Below, piece after piece: positions 35,861-47,155 of a DNA stretch of 64,000 nucleotides. The DNA is taken from NCBI GenBank assembly GCA_053919585.1, contig CM132794.1; one strand, 5' to 3'. Numbering within the stretch: position 1 is the stretch's first letter; every line of letters begins with the position of its first letter. The translations under genes and the position numbers were made by a program. Source of the DNA: Euprymna scolopes (Eukaryota). The notes under the pieces were generated by a model that had not been told where the DNA came from, made no database searches, and worked only from the letters and a program-made list of their open reading frames with translations.

Positions 35861-37520
35861 CCCGGCCCCTCACCTGTTGGGCTGAGTGTCAAGTGACGAA
35901 TCCTTGACTGGTACTACCCTGTCTCCCTGCAGCCGAGGCCGCTAGGAGACACATCCCATCATAAGAAGCTTATAATGGGGTATATATTTAATTGCCGCCC
36001 ACATCGGCAATATTTGGCACAAGGCCTGGAAAGTGGGATACCCGCAGGCTCCCCTAAAGAAGGGGCACTCCTGCAATTTTAAAAATTGCCTGAGTAACTC
36101 CGTCGGCATTCCCCGGTCGGGGCGCCTCAGGCAGCAAGCAATAAACTTGCCCCACCGGAAAGCCCGGTGGCATGGCCTGGGAGGGTGGACCTCCTAGGTA
36201 TTACCCAGGCGGTGTACCTCAATCCAACAGGTGCTGGGCCGGTTCCTGGCCCCTCACCTGTTGGGCTGAGTGTCAAGTGACGAATCCTTGACTGGTACTA
36301 CCCTGTCTCCCTGCAGCCAAGGCCGCTAGGAGACACATCCCATCATCTCAAGAGTGATAATGGGGTAGATATTTATTTGCTGCCCACCTCAGCAAAATGT
36401 GGCACAAGGCCTGGAAAGTGGGATACCCGCAGGCTCCCTTAAAGGAGGGGCACTCCTGCAATTTTAAAAATTGCCTGAGTAAACCCCATCGGCATTCCCC
36501 GGTCGGGGCGCCTCAGGCAGCAAGCAATAAACTTGCCCCACCGGAAAGCCCGGTGGCATGGCCTGGGAGGGTGGACCTCCTAGGTATTACCCAGGCGGTG
36601 TACCTCAGTCCAACAGGTGCTGGGCCGGTTCCCGGCCCCTCACCTGTTGGGCTGAGTGTCAAGTGACGAATCCTTGACATGTACTACCCTGTCTCCCTGC
36701 AGCCGAGGCCGCTAGGAGACATCCCATCATCTCAAGAGTGATAATGGGGTATATATTTAATTACCGCCCACATCGGCAATATTTGGCACAAGGCCTGGAA
36801 AGTGGGATACCCGCAGGCTCCCCTAAAAGAGAGGCACTCCTGCAATTTTAAAAATTGCCTGAATAACCCCGTCGGCATTCCCCGGTCGGGGCGCCTCAGG
36901 CAGCAAGCAATAAACTTGCCCCACCGGAAAGCCCGGTGGCAAGGCCTGGGAGGGTGGACCTCCTAGGTATTACCCAGGCGGTGTACCTCAGTCCAACAGG
37001 TGCTGGGCCGGTTCCCGGCCCCTCACCTGTTGGGCTGAGTGTCAAGTGACGAATCCTTGACTGGTACTACCCTGTCTCCCTCCAGCCGAAGCCGCTAGGA
37101 GACACATCCCATCATCTCAAGAGAGGAATGGGGTATATATTTAATTGCCGCCCACATCGGAAATATTTGGCACAAGGCTTGGAAAGTGGGATACCCGCAG
37201 GCTCCCCTAAAGAAATGGCACTCCTGCAATTTTAAAAATTGCCTGAGTAACCTCGTCGGCATTCCCCGGTCGGGGCGCCTCAGACAGCAAGCAATAAACT
37301 TGCCCCACCGGAAAGCCCGGTGGCAAGGCCTTGGAGGGTGGACCTCCTAGGTATTACCCAGGCGGTGTACTTCAGTCCAACAGGTGCTGGGCCGGTTCCC
37401 GGCCCCTCACCTGTTGGGCTGAGTGTCAAGTGACGAATCCTTGACTGGTACTACACAGTCTCCCTGCAGCCGAAGCCGCTAGGAGACACATCCCATCATC
37501 TCAAGAGAGGAATGGGGTAT
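35861..37520 (+). repeat. GC-rich tandem repeat, ~384-bp unit, 4.3 copies, highly structured (candidate retrozyme-like RNA)
   Basis: GGCCCCTCACC recurs at 35864, 36248, 36634, 37017 and 37401. About ten hairpins per unit. The repeat itself is certain; the RNA interpretation is inference. Confidence 0.95.
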
Positions 37521-37899
37521 GATCCCACACAGTCGGATGATTCTATTTATAAACGATGCTGCTAAGAACTGACGAATCAAATGAATTCACGTTCTGCTAC
37601 CAACCAATCAGAAACCAGAATTGCTTCATAAATATTAAACCTTTTCTGGAGCAATTTCACATGTTCTTTTTCCGGGTTTCGACACGGTAAGAATATTTTG
37701 TTCTGTGGAACTGTCTACTACAAACAAGTCACCTCCCAGGACTTGTGTGTAACAGCGAACCACCTGAAACTGTTCTGAAACTCATAATGGCTTACACTTC
37801 TAGACTATGTGTGTAAGAAACTATTTATATTATGGCGGAAGATGGCTATAAAAATGAACCATAGCGAAAAAGGAAGCAGTAGTCATTTTCATCCAATCC

Positions 37900-38594
37900 C
37901 GAGAACAGTCGGGTCTTCATGCTAGTTTAAATATTTTTTCTGATAAATCTTACAAGAAAGCAATATAATACATCACAAGTGTAGCATGTCAAGTATTTTC
38001 TCTCGTTAAACAATTAAATTCACTAAATATAGGATGCAGCAGAAATATCTCCCACATTTTGACATGCGAGATTCCCAGCTCCTGCAGTTTCTGGGCAATC
38101 ATTAATTTGTGCGAATAAAACTGCTTATCAGTGTGTAGAATTCTTCTGGCTGTTTGATCAGACAATCCTAAGGCCAAAGTCTGTTTGCGAGCTGAACGTA
38201 TAAGAGACTGAGTAAAAGAAAGTCTAACAATTCAAATACTGTCTGGCGTTTGGGTGCTTCCAGGCCTTCCAGGTAGATTTTTTTAAGTGTCGAACCTGTA
38301 GCTCTGAAATTTGCAACCCATAGCTGTATTCTATATGAAAGAGCATCATTCCGTCCTAACTTGTAATGAACTTGGAAAACTGTCTCTGTTGCAGTTACAG
38401 AGTCACCCTTTTTTTTAACATTTTTTACAGTAAAGGAACGATGTGCCCCAGTGCAAATCATATTGCTTGATGAGGATACCTGAAAAAAATGGCCAGTTAT
38501 TAGCTAAATTAAAACATCATTGGCACTTTCATGAGTTCATTAGCAACGTATAGTTAAAAGTGTAAAATGCGCGAAGGATTTCTGCCGCCCTCTG
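37900..38594 (-). mobile_element. Decayed Tc1/mariner-superfamily element (DUF4817-like HTH N-terminus)
   Basis: TGAHRSFTV..GDSVTATE..IQLWVANFRATGST and ALGLSDQTARRILH..KLMIAQKL. TA|CAGAGGGCGGCAGAA terminus at 38594. Left boundary not determined. Confidence 0.7.
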
Positions 38595-40407
38595 TATTAC
38601 AGTCGAAGGAATAGTTCTATTACGTACATACATTCAGTCGTTTGAAATTCTGCCATCTCCTAACAAATAACGGAAATTGCCTATGATTAACGATTACATT
38701 TTTGGAAGCGGAATCGGAATCGATATATTTCTCTTTACGAAGAAACATAGACAGTTTAACTGTTTCAAAATTATTACTACTACCACGACTACTACAAACA
38801 GGGATGCACTGTATAGCATCACATAGTTTTTACAGATTTTATGAATTTAAATTTTGTTATGCAATATAATACATTCATTCATTTTTATTTTAATTAAATT
38901 TTAAGTAAAAAATAATTTTCAATTCAGACAGCAGCTATCGAGTAACGGAAATTACCGATTACTGACGATTGCACTTTGCAAAGTCTTAATCGATATTTTT
39001 CCCTTACGATGAAAGATAAACAGGGTTTTAATCTTTCACAAATTGCTACTACTACTACTGCTACTGCTACTGTTACTATTAATAATACTACTACTACTAC
39101 TACCACAATGTAATGTATAGTTTTTACTAATTCTTTTTACAGTTTTTATGAATGCAAATTCTGTTATTCAATTTAATTCATTCAGGTTTTTATTAAATTT
39201 AAAGTAAACACACCATTACATTTATTGTATTCATTTTTTTTAATTTTCAATTAATATTTTTTTCATTTTGAGGAATTGAGTGTGTCCTTTTAATGTAACT
39301 AAAATATATTAGTCATATTAAAGTAATTAGTTTCTAAAATGACCGTTTATTTACAAATTAATACATTCTATTTATCTGTTGTTCGATCTTGTAGTTTTAG
39401 TTTTATTTTGCAAACTTCAATTTGGCGTCTGATTTTGACAGAATAATTTGCAAGTAAGAATTATTTTGACATTTGCAGATTAAATTGTTTCTCTTAAACA
39501 ATTTCCTCGGTAATATTTCAGTTTTGATGCGCCATTATTATCATGTTTAATTTGTGATATCTTTCTATTAATTATAAATACTGTTTGATTTTAGTATTCG
39601 TTTTTAACAAAACAAAACATGAAACCTGGCGACACACGGTGTTTTATTTAGTCTATTTTCTTTAATGGCAGATTTTGAAACTATCGGTTGTTTTCATTTC
39701 ATCTTGGTATGGCAATTCATATTGAAGAAACTGACTTCCGAGCAGCGTTTGCAAATTGTGCAAATTTATATTATTTACATTTGATGAACGAATAATCTAT
39801 GTCTGATAAACGGATAATGACACAAAATTGATCTGCCAAATTGCCAGCTCGTTCGTGCGATTTAACCTCATTCGATTATTTTCTTCGGAGATATGTAAAG
39901 CTAAATGTTTAAGTTGATAAAGCAGACACAATAGATTCCTTGCAAAACAATGTTCGACGCCTTATTGCCGAAATACAACCTAATTTAATGTGTACAGTTT
40001 GTGTAAATTGGGCCAATAGATTACGCAGTATATGCGTGACCAACGAGAACTGTATACTCGAAATTATAAATGTAAAATATTAATCTTTAGAATGAACCAC
40101 ATATGTGCATTATAAAAATATTTTTTTCTGTGATTTATTTGTATTTAAAATTCGCCGCCTCTAAAAAGCACCCGTTATAAAATGGAAATAAGAAACAAAT
40201 TGTTTTTTAAATCTGTAAAAATTACAAATTAATAAGGTAGCTAAATTTTCCCTTTCGCCGTTTTGAAAATCAGACAGAATTTATCGATAAAATTTGCCAG
40301 CTATTTTGGAAGCTAATCGCTTCAATGATACTCGATACAAATTTTCATGGAATTTACAATAATTAGCTTTCGTTTTAAATTCTTTAGAAAACTATGGTCC
40401 ACAATAT

Positions 40408-40517
40408 TGAAGTTTATAGATTGCGACTGACGGAGATAGAACTCGAAACATTCTTGCAATTTAGGTACACAGAATGTTTCGAGTTCTATCTCCGTCAGTC
40501 GCAACCTATAAACTTCA
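40408..40517. repeat. Near-perfect inverted repeat (47-bp arms, 16-bp spacer)
   Basis: 40408-40454 versus 40471-40517, one mismatch. Confidence 0.9.
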
Positions 40518-40522
40518 TCTAT

Positions 40523-40752
40523 ATCATAAGACCACTTAAGAAAGTAAGCGTTTACGCATATTATCGAATTTTTAATCAAACAAATGGTTGAAACCATTGC
40601 CAAAAGGGAAAATATGATGGAAAAAAATGAAATCTGCTTCATTCAAAACCTTAACCCTGATCTAATAATTATTTTTTTAAAAAACAAACATTTGTTTGAT
40701 TAAAAATTCGATAATATGTGTAAACGCTTACTTTCTTAAATGGTCTTATGAT
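40523..40752. mobile_element. MITE-like element with 64-bp TIRs
   Basis: 40523-40586 is inverted at 40689-40752 with about two mismatches. Confidence 0.75.
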
Positions 40753-40764
40753 TTTGACCAGGAT

Positions 40765-41508
40765 TCTATAATATAAAGCTGAATGTCTGTGTGTGTGTGT
40801 GTGTGTGTGTGTGGTCACGAATAGGCTCCTATATGGTTGACTATTTAAAAAAAAATGATTACATATAATGATAGAAGATGTATCGAGACACAGGAATAGG
40901 TATGTTTGATCTGGCAGAACAGTGGTTCATTAAAATTGTGGGGTCTGCGTTCGCGCCTGGTTCACAAAGTATGGAAATAAAAAATTTTAAAATTAAAAGA
41001 AAACTTTTACAAGTGTTTTTGATATAGATGTACATAATAATACTTTGATAAGTATGTTTTAACTTAAATAGGGATGGTATAATAAAATTGTGGGGTCTGC
41101 GTTCGCACATGGCCTCCATAGAATGTAAATAGGCATAAACTTTAATAAAGACTTTTCATATCTATCTGCGTAAGTATACTTTGATAATTATGTTTCAGTT
41201 TGAAGAAATATGGTATAATAAAATTATGGAGTGTTCGTTCGCTCCTGGCCTCCATAGAATGAAAATATGTCACAAAGTTTTACAAGGTTTTTTAGTATAG
41301 ATCCACAGAATATTGTGATAAGTGTTTCAGTGTGAACAGGTATGGTATAATACATTATGGGGTTTATCTATTTTATTTTTGTTTTCATCGTATTTTGATT
41401 TGGTCTCATTACAACCCTTCCTTTTCATAACCTATCATACTTTCATAAATCAGAGTCCATTTTCTGTAGGCTGTTTTTGAACCCAATCAACGACGAGTAC
41501 TTTTGCTA

Positions 41509-41509
<1 letters not shown>
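40765..41509 (+). mobile_element. Non-autonomous Helitron-like element, second family
   Basis: TCTATAATATAAAG..(GT)n 5' end, internal ~130-150-bp tandem blocks, TTTGCTAG|T 3' end. Confidence 0.7.
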
Positions 41510-41570
<61 letters not shown>

Positions 41571-43984
41571 TGGTTATATTTTTATTGATTTTATTGTTTT
41601 GTTGTTTTATGTAGATAGATTTCTTTTATTTATTTAGGATTCCACCTTATCATTTCCTGTTTTTTCCATTTTTTTTACTTTCAAGTGTCTTCCTCTGATA
41701 CTTTTCTTTCTTTTGTTGTTTGTCTGCTCTTTCTCTTCCTGTTCCTTCAGATGTATTTGTTTTACAAACCATTTCTCGTGTTTACTTCTTTTGTAGCAGT
41801 TTTCTTTTCTTTTTTCTTTTCTTTTTCATAATCACACCTTTAAAGTGTTGTTTCCGCCTCCACATATACACGCATGCTTACACACGTTGCAAGCGCTACA
41901 CATATTTGCATATAAGCTTCGTTAGTCATACATTGCCATCGCACGTGTTCGAATTTGTTCCGAAAGCGAAATACTTGAGAATTTTGTTCTAATTCTACGG
42001 ACTTTTGAAGTTAGTTTTGATAACAAGAACCTAAATCGGTTAGCTTAGTCTCCTAGGAATTACATTATCAGTTGAAGGTTTTTTTTTTTGTTTCGTTATT
42101 TTTTTTTTACATGATCATATCTATTCTAACATTGCACATTAAACTTTTCCTTTGTTTCTTCCATTCTGCCCCAGATGTCATCTTTGGTTCGCATTTCCTA
42201 TCTAATTACGTATGAACGGATTTTATTTTATTCGATTTTCATTGTGTTAACTTGAAACTAAATTTCTTTCTTTTGTTACTTCCACTAAAGAGATTATGCT
42301 TTTGTTTGGCCTTGTAACCAGCTTTTTATGCTTATTTGTACATCCTAACGTTCACATCGCTTGACCAATCATCACCAAACTTGGTTAAAATGTCGGTCAT
42401 CGCTCAGTACATAATAGATTCATTTTAGGATATCTATATCAATTATACGCCAAGATCGAGCAAAAATGAAAAATCCCTTAGATTGTGTTCATTGTAATTA
42501 ATGAAGTCCAGCATCTCATGAGACATTAATCTTGGTTAAAACCTTAATTTTAATAAGTTTGGCCATTGTTTAAATTTTAACAAAATTTAAACTTTTAATT
42601 TTTTTTACAATTTTTTTTTTCTGTACGAATGCTCAGTAACCACCATGTATGATCTCAATGAAATCAGACAAAAAGTTGCTTCATTAACGTTTTCGTAAAA
42701 ACATATCGAGCAAACTCTATGCAATATGAAATAATTATTTTCATTTTCCAACCAAAATAAACCTTTATAACTTATTAAATATGAGGAAAAATAATTGCAT
42801 AATTAAAAAAAAGAAAGATTTATTTATAGTATTTATCGCCAATTTTTCAAATGATATAGCAGTTGCTTGCTACTTTTAAAGGTCAAAACATGTCAAGGAC
42901 AAAATCCATTCGACGATAAAGGTTAATGAGATAAAAATAATCGTCAGTCGAAAGATGTTGAATAAAAACATTCATAGACAATGTAAACAGCGCTTGACTC
43001 ATGAAGTGGCTTATGACAAGTATTTGTTGATATTGGATTTAAAATTTATCCAATTGTAATTCGCAGAGAAGCAGTCCCTTAGTAATGTGTTCTACAGGTA
43101 GGAAACTTTTCAAAAAAGTCCTGTCAATAGAAAATCCGCTTGGCAATAGGCATATGAAGAATAATTCAAAAGTCTTTTTCCATTGTTTATTTTATTGTCT
43201 ATTATTTGAATAAGTAGTTGTAAGAATAGAAGAGATCATCCGATTAGATTTCGAAAACGATTGGGTACTTACGTTGCTAGACGAAGATAGTTTCCCGGCT
43301 GATGTATGTTTTTGCCATATTAAACAATGAAGTTGAAAAACTGCCTTCATAAGTGGCGGATGTACCGCATCCATTTCTTACAAATGTGAAATGTCTTTCA
43401 AATAAATGTTTTTTTTTTTTCATTTTCTTTTAATCTAAGTCAGAATATATGCAAAAGTTAGTCTTATTTCTTGCCATCACGGTACTACACTTTATTTCAA
43501 GTTAATCCAAATTTATTCATTAGCGACACTTTAATTTCTACACTTCTTATGTTTATGTGTTCTCAGAAGTAAAGTTAGATAATTTGCATATTGTTATGCA
43601 AAAGGTTATTTTATTTATGACTATACTTTAGCATTAATATAATTTAACGAAATTCTTGATTCTAATATAACAAATAGGTTAACTTAAGAATATTGTTTTG
43701 TTTCGTGAGCAAATGTTTAACACGTCAATAAAATTCAGAAAACATCAAGCATGATGAAATTTCTTGGATGGCATGACTTGTTGCTGCACGACTATTGTAC
43801 TCGTTTTGGGACCATTCTTTCGAAAAACTGACTTGAATTTTAACAAGTTGTGATCCATTTATTGATTGTAAGTTAATAGTTATGTAATTCTCTCTGTATA
43901 GTTGTTTTAGTGGAGGATTTCTCCTAAACTGTCCTACTCCTTTTGATATGTATTGCTGTTACTATATATTACCTCTCCTCTACA

Positions 43985-44670
43985 TATGGAGAGGAGATGG
44001 GCAGTTTAATAGAAACTCTCCACCGAAACAACTATCCAAACAGCATGACAGCATCTCCAAGAGATCTGAATACAACACCAAAAGATACCACTCGAAAACT
44101 CATCAAAGTTTGTGTACCATATATGAACTTGTCAAAAAAACTTCAAGAATATGTAATGCAGGACAGTGATCTCGTTCCGGCAGTAATGGCTGGGTGGACG
44201 TCTTAGATAATTCGCAATTGTCTTCTTAGTATTCAACCCGCAACGTGCAGAAGATTGTCACTTTGAACTGAATATTACTTAGTACTTTATCCATTGCTAC
44301 TATTGAGCAACGTAACCGATAAAGTACTAAGTAAATTCAGTTCTCAATGAAGCTATTCTGGGGGTTAAAGGTTCAATTCGTAGTGCAGGCGATATTAAGA
44401 ATACAATTGTAATTGACTGAGACTTCTACCCGGTCATGGCTAACTGTATGGGAATTTGCTATGTCCGTGAATTAACTTAAAGGTTCCATACGAATTCAAT
44501 GTAGATGCCCGAGTTCAACAGAAAGATTCCCGGGTACGACAAGATACATATGAAGAAGATCGGAAGTTACATCCGCCGAAACCTTGTGAGAATAACACTA
44601 AAGATGAAAGCAGTAGTCCGAATAATCAAATAATATAAATCATCGATCCTCATTGCAAACATTCAGAAAC
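43985..44670 (+). mobile_element. Decayed Penelope-like 3' fragment interrupted by a fold-back element, with a degenerate hammerhead at ~44550-44590
   Basis: LIETLHRNNYP motif and ATGAAGA..CCGAAACC. Related fragments at 14165-14215, 14640-14695 and 46460-46550. Confidence 0.45.
44161..44466. mobile_element. Diverged fold-back (MITE-like) element
   Basis: Central GAACTGAATATTACTTAGTACTTTATC / GATAAAGTACTAAGTAAATTCAGTTC, with weaker symmetry extending outward. Confidence 0.55.
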
Positions 44671-44956
44671 AGTTATGATATTAATTTCTATTTCACACAA
44701 ACGTTGACTTTTATATAGCGATGCTATAAGATATAAAACAAGCCACATTTTTCCACGTGTGAAACGGTAGTTCACGATTATAATGTTTGATAGAATGCCG
44801 CTCGGCATGGTTGCCGCGAGGGAGAATCATTATCAGTTGAACTTGTATCTCTGATTGCGTAGGATTAACAGAAGAGGTGAATAACTTTGGTTATAAAATC
44901 TCCACAGACAGATGCTATCATAAAATGTTGCGAGCTAAAAAAAATCATCACTTCTT

Positions 44957-44959
<3 letters not shown>

Positions 44960-45013
<54 letters not shown>
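44960..45013. repeat. (GT)n microsatellite
   Basis: Direct inspection. Confidence 0.95.
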
Positions 45014-45014
<1 letters not shown>

Positions 45015-46892
45015 GATATGTAACGGGAAGATATTTAAACGCATTAAATATATCATGTATTATTTATGTCACTGTGACATCAAACACCACTCAAAAGCAT
45101 ATGAGTCATACTTGAGTTCAAAATAGCGAGTTCTGAACTCAACGTCATGTATAATGACTTATCGTAAATCATTGCTGGAAACTTAAATCCGTATCAGGAG
45201 GGCACTCCCAGATCGGGGAAATACCCCATTGGAAATATAACTGTGGAGTATTACGTACCACAGTATCCGTTTCTTCAAAGAAATCGATCAAGCGCTAAGA
45301 AAAGAGTTATCATACTTTCAGTTATCATACTGAAATTTACTTACAGTCCAAGAATGGACTATCAGTTTTGATTTTGGGAAATTTATTTCTGTGTTTTATT
45401 GAAGAAAAAATGAAAAGTAATAATCTGTACATGGTTCACCTGAAACCGTTCAGATTAAGAGACGATAGATTTTAATGTTTTGTTCTTCATTCATATTTCA
45501 CTCCTTCCACTACGTCTCGTCCTCTTCGTGCTTCACCATGCTCGAACCTACAGATAAATGAAAAACACGAGCAGACACAAATAGACACAGAGACACATCT
45601 TTATCGTTATTGATGTACGTTTTATAAATGTGTTGTTATAATTGCAGAGACCGGTAACCTGAATGATAAGTCTTATAACCAAGACAGTAAACTCAACCAA
45701 AAATACGAAAATGGAATAAAACAGGGAACAAATGCAGATAAACAGAGTAAAATACAGATTGTATTTATTGCACCAAATGTAGAAAAAAATAATGAAGAGG
45801 AACCGGTGCGAAGAGTTCCGTAATGTCTGACTATGGTCCGTGAAGCGAGGTGCAGTCGGCAATGACGAGGACGGCGTCAGGCATCAAAACCAAGGGAAAA
45901 GGTCCTTAACGATCTGCTAGCACCAGCTTCCTTCCCATCACAACAATATGTGACACAAGGTTGGAAGATGGAGAGAATCGAACCAGCGAACTTAATTAAA
46001 GAGTAATCTGGCGTATTACAATTGTCTGAGCAGCCCGTTGGCCTTCCACAATCGGTTCGCCTCGAGCAGTTAGCAATAAACTAACTTCTCCAAAGAGTGG
46101 AGGTTTGGATTGGGAAAGTGGAAGCCATAGGATCAATACTTACAGATAAAAAGTCAAAAGTGGCAATTGCCTTGTTTGGGGGTGAAAATGTAATTTTTTT
46201 AAAAGTTCAAATCAAGGTATAATCAGGTTTTTAAATATTTTCGATCATATCAATAAACTTCTTCCCTAAAAGGGAAACATAAATCCATGACAGTACTCTG
46301 ATCATAGATCAGATAATAATACGCCCCCCCCCTCCCCGAACGGAGATTTATCCACAGACACTCAAAATGCGATTTCAAATTATTAATACATAGTAATGGC
46401 TTACGGAAGGAGAGTATGCTTCCTAGGTAGATTAAATAAAGGATTCTGTTCGAAAAGGCTTATGATGAAAATAACATTGAAGATGAGAACAGTAGTCCGA
46501 AGAATCTAAATAATACGAATAATTAATCTTCGTCTCAAAAATTCAGAAACGTAATATTTTGATAAGAATTTCAATTAAATGAAAGAATTTTTCAAAACTA
46601 GGGATGAGCTTCACATGATCAATTGATATTTTGCTACTTACACAACTTACATTGGCTGATGAAAGTAAATAGATAATGTCAACAGTATAAATTATACAGA
46701 GACAATACTTAATAATTTAAATAAATAGAATTAATAACATCTATTACTAATGAAACCGATACTATAATATTACTTCAATAAATGTATTATTGCACCATTT
46801 TTCAATGCTAAATTTGTGAGGGTAGAGTAGTATCACCTTTATTTTTATGACACTACCCTCCCAAACAAAATCTCTTTTTTAGAGTAACGTAG

Positions 46893-46965
<73 letters not shown>

Positions 46966-47091
46966 ATATATATATGTAAAAGTTTTTTTTTTCACAATAT
47001 TATTTTGTATTCCTGCACGTCACCAATTGAAAACGAATAAAGAACAGTTATAAGCTTTTATACATTTCGTATTCTTTTTTATACATTTCCA

Positions 47092-47150
<59 letters not shown>

Positions 47151-47155
<5 letters not shown>

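Noticed and set aside
35880-35905. Hammerhead-like CTGAGT-GTC-AAGT-GAC-GAAT in the 384-bp unit
   Set aside because: The core deviates from CUGANGA/GAAA and there is no convincing stem III or UH site.
36135-36190. Twister-like words in the 384-bp unit (TAA..TGCC..CCGG-AAAGC-CCGG..GGAGGG)
   Set aside because: The L4 pyrimidine run needed for pseudoknot T1 is missing and P1/P2 cannot form.
36185-36215. HDV-like or hairpin-ribozyme-like words (ACC-TCCTA-GGT; GGTATTAC)
   Set aside because: L3 is too short, no consistent P1/P2, and no loop A partner was found.
36396-36666. 89-aa ORF in the 384-bp repeat
   Set aside because: The ATG is unique to one copy and indels break the frame in the others.
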